Assembly (NCBI GenBank): GCA_021802825.1
Contig: JAJZRG010000009.1
Coordinates: forward strand, 10,010-74,009
Origin: Chloroflexota bacterium
GTDB lineage: Bacteria; Chloroflexota; Limnocylindria; Limnocylindrales; CSP1-4
Direction of reading: 5' to 3'
DNA: 64,000 bases
The notes beneath the pieces are model-generated. The model saw only the letters and a list, made by a program, of their open reading frames with translations. It ran no database searches and was not told the origin of the DNA. Positions 34,695-43,152 of the stretch are shown here, in pieces; positions within the stretch are counted from its first letter, which is position 1, and each line of letters opens with the position of its first letter. Position numbers and translations under genes: made by a program.

Positions 34695-35053
34695 ATGTCC
34701 GCCAGGGGATACTGGGTTGCCTCGCATACCGCGCGCTTGCGAAGCGGGCGGCGGCGCCTACGCCCGTCATGCTGGATCGTGGCGGGGTCGCGCCGCGGTC
34801 CCACGAGGTCCTCGGCCGGGTCGAACCGGCCCGCGCGGCCCTGGCTGCGGTTCGCCACGCCCCGCGCAGTCTCAGCATCGAGTCAGGGCCGACGCTACCA
34901 GCCTTCCGTCCCGCGCAAGCGCTCCGAGACGTTGCGGCCCACAAGTGCCTCGGACCCGCCGCAGGTGCCGGACCCGATGTCGGTCTCGGCCGGGGGACAC
35001 TGGACGAGGCAGAGGGCACAGACTCATCGGGCCACTCTGCCCTCGGCCTCGGC

Positions 35054-35563
35054 TCAGGCCTCGCCGGCGCCGCCGAACCGTTCGGGACCGAGGATCAGCG
35101 CGAGCCCAGCCAGCAGGGCGATGCCGGCGGCCATCACGATCAGGACCGTTTCGATCGTCGACCGAGTGCGTGCGTCGGGCACCGCCTGCGCTGGCGCAGC
35201 CTGGGCGGCGATACCGCCCGCCGCGGCCATCACGTCAACCTCGCCGGTGAGCGTCTCGTCACCGATCGCCTCGAACCGGTAGGTTCCTCCGGGGAGCCGT
35301 GACGGGATCGTGACCTCGCTCGTGAAGGACCCAGACGCGTCCGTTTGGACGGTGGGGAACTGGACGACGATGCCCTGCCCGATGAGCACGATGGCGCGCT
35401 GCGAGTTGGGCTCGACGCCGCTCACGCTCAGCGTGACCTTGTCGCCGGCCGCGACCGGGTTCGGCGTGATCGTCACGGTCGTGATGTTGTGGGCCCAGGC
35501 CGACGGAGCCAACGCCAGCGCCAAAAGCGCAGCCACCGGAAAGCCGACGAGTCGTCTAGTCAT
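35054..35563 (-). CDS. Secreted, C-terminally anchored Ig-like beta-sandwich protein (copy 2), mature N-terminus predicted His
   Basis: ATG 35563 (MTRRLVGFPVAALLALALAPSAWA/HNITTV) with a GGTGG SD. TDASGSFTSEVTIPSRLPGGTYRFEAIGDETLT parallels 8187..8726. C-terminal TM helix. Confidence 0.65.
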   Translation of the reverse strand: MTRRLVGFPVAALLALALAPSAWAHNITTVTITPNPVAAGDKVTLSVSGVEPNSQRAIVLIGQGIVVQFPTVQTDASGSFTSEVTIPSRLPGGTYRFEAIGDETLTGEVDVMAAAGGIAAQAAPAQAVPDARTRSTIETVLIVMAAGIALLAGLALILGPERFGGAGEA

Positions 35564-35795
35564 GATCGGGTCCACCTATCGGAGCGTCAGTAATCGGAGC
35601 GTCAGTCGGGGAGTGCTGGGCCGAAAGCAGCGGCCCAATCATCGCGGCAGTGCCAGCCACGACGAGCAGCGAACCGATGAGGAGCTCCAGCGCAGAGACC
35701 GGCTCCAGCCCTTGGCCGAGCATGTTGGTCAGCCCGATCTCAAGAATCCCCAAGCCCAGCGTGAGGAGGCCAAGACGGACCAGCAGGGGCACCAC
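35556..35795 (-). CDS. Small 2-TM hypothetical membrane protein
   Basis: GTG 35795 lies 1 nt after the cytochrome b stop. VVPLLVRLGLLTLGLGILEIGLTNML...LLIGSLLVVAGTAAMIGPLL. Called on position and hydrophobicity only. Confidence 0.35.
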   Translation of the reverse strand: MVPLLVRLGLLTLGLGILEIGLTNMLGQGLEPVSALELLIGSLLVVAGTAAMIGPLLSAQHSPTDAPITDAPIGGPDHD

Positions 35796-35796
35796 G

Positions 35797-36900
35797 TCAC
35801 ATCGCTCCGACGTGGCTCTTGACGGGCTCGACCAGGGCGTACCCAACCAAGGCCACCAGGACGATGACCACGATCGCGCCGATGATGATGAGGGCGCGGC
35901 GTCGGCTGGGCGAGCGATACGGGTTTCGATCAATGAACGGCACGAGGGCCAGAGCGGCGATCAGGAGACCTGGCGCCCAGATGAGCGCCGGCAATCCGAA
36001 CCAGTCCTCGAACGGGTAGAAGGGCAGGAACATCCACCAAGGCTTGGAAACTTCGATGCTCGGGTCGGGCGGCCCACCGAGTGGTGTCCGGATGACGAGC
36101 GACAGGACCGTGGCGACCGCCAGGATGACAAGCCCGAAGCCGACCATCCTGACCAGGTGTGCGGCGAACGTCGAGCCGCCCTTCGAGGCCGCCGGGCCTC
36201 CGTCGACCGCCGCATCGAAATCGGAGGGCCGCGACGAGATCCCGTGACGCTTGACGAGCAGGAAGTGGGCGATGAGGAGGAACGTGCCGAGCGCGGGCAG
36301 GATGACCACGTGGGCGATGTACAGCCGTCCGACGATCGGCAGGCTGGTCGTGAACGTTGGCGAGAACCAGAACCCGAAGGCTCCGATCAGCTCGCCGATC
36401 TCGACGTTGTGACCGAGGGCCTCGAAGCCTTCCTGATCCCACTTCAGGACGGTACCCGTGAAGATCAGGCCAATGGTGATCGACAGGAGACCGAGGCCGA
36501 TCAGCCAGTTCACCTCGCGCGGGCGCTTGTAGGAGCCCGTCACAAACACGCGGCCCATGTGCAGCAGGATGGTCGCCATGACCAGGTTGGCAGTCCAGAA
36601 ATGGATGCCCCGGGCGACGTCGCCGAGCGGGGCGACGTTCATGATGTACGCGACGCTCTCGCGGGCCCCTTCCGGCGTCGAGTGATAGAACTGCGCCAGC
36701 CACACGCCGGTGGCGGCGAGCACCAGGAAGCCAAAGAACGAGATGCCGCCAAGGATGTACGGGATGCCATTCGCGTGTTTCGGCACGGGATACGCGAGGC
36801 CGCTCAGGCCGAGTCGCTCGTCGACGGCCGCCCAGATCCGCCAGAGCCGTCCGCTGGCGCGACCGTCGTGCACGTCCTCAATAGCCGTGCCTGAACTCAT
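35797..36900 (-). CDS. Cytochrome b (bc-complex/b6-type N-terminal domain with extra C-terminal TM helices), orphan
   Basis: ATG 36900 (MSSGTAIEDV) with a GGGAGA SD 6 nt upstream. GGISFFGFLVLAATGVWLAQFY, RGIHFWTANLVMATILLHMGRVF, WLIGLGLL...FTGTVLKWDQ and LYIAHVVILPAL give the four-His bis-heme pattern of cytochrome b. Confidence 0.8.
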   Translation of the reverse strand: MSSGTAIEDVHDGRASGRLWRIWAAVDERLGLSGLAYPVPKHANGIPYILGGISFFGFLVLAATGVWLAQFYHSTPEGARESVAYIMNVAPLGDVARGIHFWTANLVMATILLHMGRVFVTGSYKRPREVNWLIGLGLLSITIGLIFTGTVLKWDQEGFEALGHNVEIGELIGAFGFWFSPTFTTSLPIVGRLYIAHVVILPALGTFLLIAHFLLVKRHGISSRPSDFDAAVDGGPAASKGGSTFAAHLVRMVGFGLVILAVATVLSLVIRTPLGGPPDPSIEVSKPWWMFLPFYPFEDWFGLPALIWAPGLLIAALALVPFIDRNPYRSPSRRRALIIIGAIVVIVLVALVGYALVEPVKSHVGAM

Positions 36901-36975
36901 GTCCATTCTCCCGTTCACAGCGGAGCGGCCGACCCGGATCGATCCCGGAGGTCCGCCAGTTTCGCGCTTGCGAAA

Positions 36976-37023
36976 TGAGTGCGAGGTGAGAGCCGAATGG
37001 GAGCCCGCTGAAGATTACCTGTG
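36976..37023 (-). promoter_or_regulatory. Phased array (x5) upstream of the orphan cytochrome b operon
   Basis: Top-strand TGAG 36976, TGAG 36987, TGGG 36998, TGAA 37009, TGTG 37020. Includes TGAAGATTA. Confidence 0.5.
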
Positions 37024-37075
37024 AGCCCAAGCGACGATCACCTCGGACAGCCGTCGACGCGAGGAGGAACTGTGC

Positions 37076-37432
37076 GTGGACAACATCCACTACCTGTTGG
37101 CGTATCTCGTCGCTGTCGCGGTCGCGGTCGGCCTCGCTTGGTCAGCCGCGCCGCTCCTCACGCGACGATTCGCGGGGTTGGCGACTGAGCGACTCCACGC
37201 CGCGGTCGTGGCGATCATCGTGCTGGCCTCGGTGAGCGGCATCACGATGCTCGCGGCCGGATCATCGCCGCGCGATGGGATGCACTTCTTCTACGCTGCG
37301 GTCGCTGTTCTCGTTCTTCCCCTTGCGCGTTCATTCGGCGGCCAGGCTCCCGGCCGACGGCGTGATCTGTTGTTGTTCGCCGGCTTCGCGACTCTTGCCG
37401 CCGTTGTCTATCGCCTCTTCGCCACCGGTTGA
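37076..37432 (+). CDS. Hypothetical 4-TM membrane protein
   Basis: GTG 37076, 118 aa, hydrophobic throughout. No recognisable motif. Confidence 0.45.
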   Translation: MDNIHYLLAYLVAVAVAVGLAWSAAPLLTRRFAGLATERLHAAVVAIIVLASVSGITMLAAGSSPRDGMHFFYAAVAVLVLPLARSFGGQAPGRRRDLLLFAGFATLAAVVYRLFATG

Positions 37433-37520
37433 ACGCTTGAGCTTGTGGTCCGTCTGCCGCCGGTCACCGGTGTTCGCCCAGGGATGCACGTGGAGGAGGC
37501 TCACCCCTTCCGGGGTCGCC

Positions 37521-37697
37521 TCACCGAGTTCCCAGGAACCCGAAAAGGAGTAACAGAACGAGCACAACCATCGGCGCGCAGCAGGCGACCATCCACCAGA
37601 TGGAGTGGTCGCTCCCCGTGTGAGCTCCGTTGGCCCTTCCGGGGGCGGCGCTCGTTTCGAGTGGCGTGCCAGGTGTGCGGTCGTGGTCGTGGGCCAT
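37521..37697 (-). CDS. Unannotated small ORF (58 aa): His-rich N-terminus plus Cys-containing TM helix (DUF2933-like?)
   Basis: Below the ORF-track size cutoff. GGAGG SD 6 nt before ATG 37697. MAHDHDRTPGTPLETSAAPGRANGAHTGSDHSIWWMVACCAPMVVLVLLLLFGFLGTR, stop at 37521. Confidence 0.45.
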   Translation of the reverse strand: MAHDHDRTPGTPLETSAAPGRANGAHTGSDHSIWWMVACCAPMVVLVLLLLFGFLGTR

Positions 37698-37747
37698 TCG
37701 GAACCTCCTGTCACCGTCGAGTTGCCGTTCAACATGAGGACGACTTG

Positions 37748-37784
37748 TTAGGGGCAGTCGAGGATCCGGTGAGTCGCGGCTGAG
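37748..37784 (-). promoter_or_regulatory. Phased array (x4, two degenerate) upstream of the 58-aa small ORF
   Basis: Top-strand TTAG 37748, CGAG 37759, TGAG 37770, TGAG 37781. Confidence 0.45.
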
Positions 37785-37911
37785 AACTCACCCGGGCCGG
37801 AGGGTGTGGTGCTTGTATCTCTCGCGTCGGACCACCGTGGCAATCTGGGCGGCTACAGGGAGACGGGTGGAAGCGATTGCCGCTCGCCCCGTTCAGCCGA
37901 CGTCCGTCAGT

Positions 37912-37948
37912 CTCAGGTGTTGCTCACGCTGGCTTCAGGGTGGGCTCC
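37912..37948 (+). promoter_or_regulatory. Phased array (x4) upstream of the htpX-psp operon
   Basis: CTCA 37912, CTCA 37923, TTCA 37934, CTCC 37945. Lies 45-81 nt upstream of ATG 37993. Confidence 0.5.
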
Positions 37949-37992
37949 AAGGATGCCCACCATGCGCTCCCTTCCTGCAATCCCTCCGCTCC

Positions 37993-38913
37993 ATGTCTGA
38001 CCGGCGACAGCGTCTCGCTTACGGCGTGCTCCCCGGCGACGCCGGCCTCACTGCGAGGATGGCCGTCACCGTGCTCCTCCTCGCAGCCGTGTATGCGCTC
38101 CTCGTGGCCGTCCTCTGGGCGGCAGGCGGGAGCTTCGTGCTGATCGGCATGGTGGTCGCCGGGCTCGCCCTGGCGCAGTACTTCTACTCGGACCGCCTCG
38201 TGCTCGCCGCAATGGGCGCGCGCGTGGTGTCGCGCGCCGAGGCGCCCGACCTCGTCGACCGGGTAAGCCGGCTCGCCGTGCAGTTCGACCTCCCGATCCC
38301 CCGCGTTGCGATCATCGACTCAGACGTCCCCAATGCGCTCGCGACGGGCCGCGACCCCGCCCACTCAGTTGTGGCTGTCACCACAGGCATCCTGCGCCGG
38401 CTCGACGGCCCCGAGCTCGACGCGGTCCTCGCCCACGAGTTCAGCCATGTCCTCCACCGCGATGCGGCGGTTCTGACCATGGCCGCGGTCTTCGCGACCG
38501 TCGCCTCGTTCATCGTCCAGATGGGGTTCTGGCTCGGGCTCGGGCGCGGCGAGGACCGCGAGGGCGAGGGTCGGCCGAGCGTGGTGGTCGTCTACCTCGT
38601 CTCGCTCGGCGTATGGCTTATCAGCTTCGTTCTGATCCGCGCGCTGTCGCGCTACCGCGAGTTGGCCGCCGACCGCGGCTCGGCCGCCGTGACGGGCGCA
38701 CCGTCCCAGTTGGCTTCCGCGCTGGTCAAGATCAGCGGCTCAATGGGGCGGATCCCGGACGCCGACCTGCGTACCGTCGAGCCCGGCTCCGCGCTCCTTA
38801 TCGTGCCTGCGTTCAGCCGTCAGTCGCTCGTGGGCCTGCTGGCCACGCACCCGTCGCTGGAGACCCGCCTCGAGCAGCTCCGGCGCCTCGAGGCTGCGGA
38901 GCTCTCGCGATGA
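37993..38913 (+). CDS. htpX: M48 family membrane protease HtpX
   Basis: ORF 37804..38913, ATG 37993 (MSDRRQRLAYG). HEFSHVLHRD (HExxH), NALATGRDP, ELAADRGSA, THPSLETRLEQL. Confidence 0.9.
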   Translation: MSDRRQRLAYGVLPGDAGLTARMAVTVLLLAAVYALLVAVLWAAGGSFVLIGMVVAGLALAQYFYSDRLVLAAMGARVVSRAEAPDLVDRVSRLAVQFDLPIPRVAIIDSDVPNALATGRDPAHSVVAVTTGILRRLDGPELDAVLAHEFSHVLHRDAAVLTMAAVFATVASFIVQMGFWLGLGRGEDREGEGRPSVVVVYLVSLGVWLISFVLIRALSRYRELAADRGSAAVTGAPSQLASALVKISGSMGRIPDADLRTVEPGSALLIVPAFSRQSLVGLLATHPSLETRLEQLRRLEAAELSR

Positions 38914-39641
38914 GCCTTCTCGATGCCCTCCTTGGCCGCACGCGCCCCGCCCGGTCGCGCGACGAGCAGCTGATTGCGCTCTCTTCGGCTGCGGTCACCC
39001 TAAACGCCGAACTCGGACTGCAGGCGAGCGGGCAGGCCGCGATCGTGATCCGGCCCCTCGACTCGCAGGCGTACCGCGACGCCGACGCCGACCTGTCTCG
39101 GCTTCTCGAGTTGGCGGGCCGCGAGACGGGCGCGACCGTCACGAGGCAAGCTGACCCCTACGGGTATGCATGGGTCGTGATCGCCGACCCAGATCTCGCC
39201 GACCTCGTCGCCAATGCCTACCAGGTGAGCATTGAACTGCGCGACGCGGGCTTCGGCGACGCGGTGCTCGCCGCGGCATTCGGCTTCCGCGACGCGGCCG
39301 GGCGGCCGGCCTTCCTGCTCTACAGCTTCAAGCGTGCTGCGTTCTACCCGTTCGTCCCCGGCTCGGGCGACGGCGTGCGGGACAACGCCCGCGAGCTCCA
39401 GCTTGCCGCGGCTGCCGGCCGCGAGATCCCCGTCGAGCCGGACCAGGCACGTTGGTACCCGATGTGGGCTATGCCGCTCGACGGCGCCCCCGGAGCCTCA
39501 ATGCCCGCGGTCCGCCCGCACGGCGAGCCTCAGGGGAACGACGCGCCATCCACTTCGTCGGGCCACCAACGGCAGGCAGACGACCCGCCGGCCGACGGCC
39601 ATGAACACGCCGAGCAGCGCCGCAACGGCGGCTGTTGCTGA
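38910..39641 (+). CDS. PspA-associated protein (PspAB-like)
   Basis: ATG 38910 (ATGA overlap with htpX). MSLLDALLGRTRP...YGYAWVVI...FLLYSFKRAAFYPFVP. The position between htpX and pspA matches my recollection of the actinobacterial PspAB family. Confidence 0.55.
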   Translation: MSLLDALLGRTRPARSRDEQLIALSSAAVTLNAELGLQASGQAAIVIRPLDSQAYRDADADLSRLLELAGRETGATVTRQADPYGYAWVVIADPDLADLVANAYQVSIELRDAGFGDAVLAAAFGFRDAAGRPAFLLYSFKRAAFYPFVPGSGDGVRDNARELQLAAAAGREIPVEPDQARWYPMWAMPLDGAPGASMPAVRPHGEPQGNDAPSTSSGHQRQADDPPADGHEHAEQRRNGGCC

Positions 39642-39661
39642 CCGCAGACGAAAGGAAAGCA

Positions 39662-40384
39662 ATGGGACTCTTCAACCGTACCAAGACCATCGTGGAGGCC
39701 AAGCTGAACGCCATCGTCGGCGCCGCGGAAGACCCCCGCGAGACGCTCGACCTCTCCTACGAGAAGCAGCGAGACATGCTGCGCCAGGTGCAGCGTGGCC
39801 TGATCGAGGTGACGACAGCCAAGCGGCGTCTCCAGCTGCAGCTTGCCCAGCTCGAGGCGAGCATCAAGACCGCGGACGACCAGGCCCGCCAGTCGGTGCT
39901 AGCTGGCCGCGATGACCTTGCCCGAGCCGCGTTGGAGCGCAAGCAGCTCCTCGCCGGCCAGGAGGCAGCCCTCGAGCAACAGGTGGCGGACGTCCAGGCA
40001 CAGCAGGAGAAGCTGACGACAGCCGAGGCGCGCCTGTCGGCAAAGATCGAGGCGTTCCGCAACCAGAAGGAGGTCATCAAGGCCCAGTACTCCGCTTCGG
40101 AAGCCGAGGTCAAGATCGGCGAGGCGTTCACGGGCGTCTCCGAGGAGATGGCCGACGTCGGCCTGGCTGTCGACCGCGCCACGGCGAAGACCCAGGAGAT
40201 GCAGGCGAGGGCAGGCGCCATCGACGAGCTGGTCGCCTCGGGCGCCCTCGACGACGTCTCGGCAGCGGCCGATCCGATCCAGGGTGAGCTTGAGCGTGCG
40301 ACGAGGAATGCCTCGGTCGAGGCGGAGCTCGCCGCCCTCAAGGGCGGCGCCGTCCTGGCGCCGGTGGTGGGGACCGGACGATGA
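39662..40384 (+). CDS. pspA: PspA/IM30 family protein
   Basis: ATG 39662 (MGLFNRTKTIVEAKLNAIV) with a GAAAGGAAAG SD. Long coiled coil (LDLSYEKQRDMLRQVQRGLIEV...), typical PspA/Vipp1. Confidence 0.9.
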   Translation: MGLFNRTKTIVEAKLNAIVGAAEDPRETLDLSYEKQRDMLRQVQRGLIEVTTAKRRLQLQLAQLEASIKTADDQARQSVLAGRDDLARAALERKQLLAGQEAALEQQVADVQAQQEKLTTAEARLSAKIEAFRNQKEVIKAQYSASEAEVKIGEAFTGVSEEMADVGLAVDRATAKTQEMQARAGAIDELVASGALDDVSAAADPIQGELERATRNASVEAELAALKGGAVLAPVVGTGR

Positions 40385-40662
40385 TCGTGCGCATCCTCAA
40401 CGACGGCCAGTACCAGGTCGACGATCAGCACGTGGCTCATCTCAACACGATCGACGAGCGGCTCGGCGAGGCCATCGACCGCGGCGATGGTGCGGGCTTC
40501 GCAGAAGATCTCGCGACGCTGGTCCGCCTGGTTCGCGTCCACGGCACGAAGCTCGCGCCCGAGGAACTCCGACGCTCCGATGCCGTCTTGCCGCCCGCCG
40601 ATGCTTCGATGGAGGAGGTCCGTACCTTGCTCGGGGCCGAGGGCCTCGTACCGGGAACGTGA
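40381..40662 (+). CDS. PspA-associated small protein (PspAA-like)
   Basis: ATGA overlap with pspA. MIVRILNDGQYQVDDQHVAHLNTIDERL...LPPADASMEEVRTLLGAEGLVPG matches the family I recall following actinobacterial pspA. Confidence 0.6.
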   Translation: MIVRILNDGQYQVDDQHVAHLNTIDERLGEAIDRGDGAGFAEDLATLVRLVRVHGTKLAPEELRRSDAVLPPADASMEEVRTLLGAEGLVPGT

Positions 40663-41000
40663 TGTTGCCGCGACGCTCCGGCGTGCTGATCGCCGGCGGT
40701 CTTGTGCTAGGGCTGGCCGCGGCAGGGATCGTGTGGAGTGCCATCGTGAGCGTCGCCGCCCTGCTGATCGCCCTGCTGGCGTCGGGCGTGGCCGGCCAGC
40801 TGCTGCTGGGCGGTCGAGTGGACCCTCGGCGGATCCTTGTCGCAGGGGCCGTCGGCGCCATCCTTGGGACGGCTGTGTCGCGGTTCGTTGGTTGGCCGGC
40901 CCTGGTGAGCATTGGCGGCATTCCGTTGATCTGGGCCGTCGCCGGTGCCGTGGTCATCCTCGGCGCACTCCGGTTGGGGCCGGGGGCGCAGAGCCGGTGA
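40662..41000 (+). CDS. GlsB/YeaQ/YmgE-like small membrane protein
   Basis: ATG 40662 overlaps the preceding stop by 1 nt. 112 aa, 3-4 Gly/Ala-rich TM helices. Confidence 0.45.
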   Translation: MLPRRSGVLIAGGLVLGLAAAGIVWSAIVSVAALLIALLASGVAGQLLLGGRVDPRRILVAGAVGAILGTAVSRFVGWPALVSIGGIPLIWAVAGAVVILGALRLGPGAQSR

Positions 41001-41132
41001 CGCGCACGGGTTGACCCCTTCCTCCGCGGTTCGCCCTGAGCCTCGGTCATCCCGCTCGGGGCCCTCCTGGCATCATCCGCGCCCTCCAGCCCGCGCTGCG
41101 TCATGCTGGTGCGGGCGAATTACTACAGTAGA

Positions 41133-41138
41133 TATAGT
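41133..41138 (+). promoter_or_regulatory. Candidate -10 hexamer TATAGT placed for a leaderless APC permease transcript
   Basis: TATAGT ends 7 nt before ATG 41146. No SD-like sequence lies between them. Local AT-rich patch aattactacagtagatatagttggttag. Confidence 0.35.
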
Positions 41139-41145
41139 TGGTTAG

Positions 41146-43128
41146 ATGAGCACGGAGGACCCAAGCAGGGCACGCCGGAGGCGGGCTGACAGGCGCGTGC
41201 GCGTGGAGCGGCCGATGGCCGAGTACTTCCGCTACACGGCGCCCGGTGTGGTGCGCGCCCGGCCGAAAGCCAGCGAGCCGACAAGCCGCCGCGGTCGACT
41301 ATGGGCCTCCGTGCGCAGGATTCTCATCGGTCAGCCACTCACCAGCGAGCAGGAGATCGGCGAGCGCCTGTCGAAGAAGAAGGCGCTTGCGATCTTCAGC
41401 TCCGACGCCATCAGCTCCAGCGCCTATGCCACCGAGGAGATCCTCCGTGTCCTGGTGGTCGCTGGTTCGGCTGCCCTCTCGGCCAGCATCTGGGTCTCTC
41501 TCGCGATCGCCGGACTTCTCGCCGCGGTCGCCACGAGCTATCGCCAGATCGGGTACGCCTTTCCTTCGGGCGGTGGCGCCTACGCCGTAGCTCGAGCGAA
41601 CTTCGGGCTCGTCGCCTCGGTCGTCGCGGCGGCGGCGCTCCTGGTCGACTACGTCCTCACTGTCGCCGTGTCAACGTCCTCTGCCGTTGAGCAGATCGCG
41701 TCGGCGGCCCCGGCGCTCGCTCCGGAGAGGGTCCTGATCGGGGTCGCGGCCATTGCGCTCATCACGCTCGCGAATCTCCGCGGCGTCCGCGAGTCGGGCA
41801 ACATCTTCGCCATCCCCACGTACCTCTTCATCGGCGGCGCCCTGCTCATGATCGGCCTCGGCGCGGCCCGCGTCCTGGCCTTCGGCGGCGTGGCGGCCAC
41901 CACTGGCACGCCATCTCCCAGACCCCTCGAAACCCTCGGCATCGTGCTGCTCGTTCGCGCGTTCGCGGCCGGCTCGGTGGCGCTCACGGGCACCGAGGCC
42001 ATCGCAAACGGCGTTCAGACCTTCCAGCCGCCTGAGCCCAGAAACGCTGCCCGGACCCTTACGGCCATGGCGATCCTGCTCGGCATCCTCTTCGTGGGGA
42101 TCACGTTCCTGGCCAACCGCTACGGGATTGGGCCGGCCGACGGGCCCCAGGGCCAGACCGTGATCGCACAGCTCGCCGCGGCCGTGTTCGGGCCCGACTC
42201 GGCAGGCTTCTACGCCTTCCAGGTTGTCGCGGCGCTGATCCTGTTCCTGGCCGCGAACACGAGTTTCAACGCGTTTCCGCGCCTCGCCGCCATCCTGGCC
42301 CAGGACGGCCTGATGCCGAGGCACTTCTCGTTCCGGGGCGATCGCCTCGCGTACACCGTGGGCATTGTCCTGCTCGGGCTCGTCGCGTCGATGCTGGTGA
42401 TCGTGTTCGGCGGGAGCACGACCGCGCTGATCCCCCTGTACTCCGTCGGGGTGTTCATTGCGTTCACCATCAGCCAGGCAGGCATGGTGCGTCATTGGCT
42501 GGCGGAGCGTGGGCCGGGCTGGGTCTCGAGGCTCGCCGTCAACGGGCTTGGCGCCGCGCTGACCGGCGTCGTCGCCGTCGTGGTGGCCGCTGCGAAAGCG
42601 CCGGCGTCACTCCTGATCCTCGTCATGGTGCCCGCCCTCGCCGGGGTCATGCTCCTGATCCGTCGGGAGTACGCCGTCCAGCTGACGGAACTCGCGGTTC
42701 GACCGGATGCCGTCATCGGACCGCCACGCCGCGGTGAGCGCGTGATTGTCCCGGTGCCGCAGATGAACCGGGCCGTGGTCCAAGCGGTGAACTTCGGGAG
42801 GTCGATCTCCGACAACGTCGTGGCCGTCCACGTGACGGACGACATCGCGGCCGGCGAGTCCCTGCGTGCCGCATTCAGCCGCCAACTGCCGGGTGTGCCG
42901 CTCGTCATCGTGGAGTCGCCCTACCGAGCGCTGGTCGAGCCCCTCGTCGCCTATCTCGACCATACGTGGCAGGAGCCGGACCTGATCACGATTGTGGTCC
43001 TGCCCGAGTACGTGGCTCGCCACTGGTGGGACCAACTCCTCTTCAACCAGACGGCGAACAGGCTCAAGCGGGCGCTCATCGGGCATCCGAACACCGTGGT
43101 GAGCATCGTCCCGTATCGACGTGAGTGA
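41146..43128 (+). CDS. APC-superfamily permease with C-terminal cytoplasmic domain
   Basis: 660 aa. LSKKKALAIFSSDAISSSAYATEEIL and GGGAYAVARANFG are typical of actinobacterial APC family permeases. 12 TM helices plus a roughly 150-aa tail. Confidence 0.75.
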   Translation: MSTEDPSRARRRRADRRVRVERPMAEYFRYTAPGVVRARPKASEPTSRRGRLWASVRRILIGQPLTSEQEIGERLSKKKALAIFSSDAISSSAYATEEILRVLVVAGSAALSASIWVSLAIAGLLAAVATSYRQIGYAFPSGGGAYAVARANFGLVASVVAAAALLVDYVLTVAVSTSSAVEQIASAAPALAPERVLIGVAAIALITLANLRGVRESGNIFAIPTYLFIGGALLMIGLGAARVLAFGGVAATTGTPSPRPLETLGIVLLVRAFAAGSVALTGTEAIANGVQTFQPPEPRNAARTLTAMAILLGILFVGITFLANRYGIGPADGPQGQTVIAQLAAAVFGPDSAGFYAFQVVAALILFLAANTSFNAFPRLAAILAQDGLMPRHFSFRGDRLAYTVGIVLLGLVASMLVIVFGGSTTALIPLYSVGVFIAFTISQAGMVRHWLAERGPGWVSRLAVNGLGAALTGVVAVVVAAAKAPASLLILVMVPALAGVMLLIRREYAVQLTELAVRPDAVIGPPRRGERVIVPVPQMNRAVVQAVNFGRSISDNVVAVHVTDDIAAGESLRAAFSRQLPGVPLVIVESPYRALVEPLVAYLDHTWQEPDLITIVVLPEYVARHWWDQLLFNQTANRLKRALIGHPNTVVSIVPYRRE

Positions 43129-43152
43129 GGCACAGCACAGGAGCACGTCCAC

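Noticed and set aside
34686-34695. GGCTGAGA, also at 37778..37786 and 15243..15250, resembles the CUGAGA core of the TPP (THI-box) riboswitch.
   Set aside because: The other THI-box elements (the ACCUGAUCUGGAUAAUGCCAGCG-like 3' half) are absent. The downstream genes are unrelated to thiamine. The sequence is better explained as the reverse complement of phased CTCA repeats.
41121-41134. TACTACAGTAGATA upstream of the APC permease, considered as a second BlaI-type operator because it shares TACTAC with the 25423 site.
   Set aside because: Half-site spacing is different (about 1 nt vs 6 nt) and the second half (GTAGAT) is a poor match. The similarity may be coincidental in an AT-rich promoter patch.
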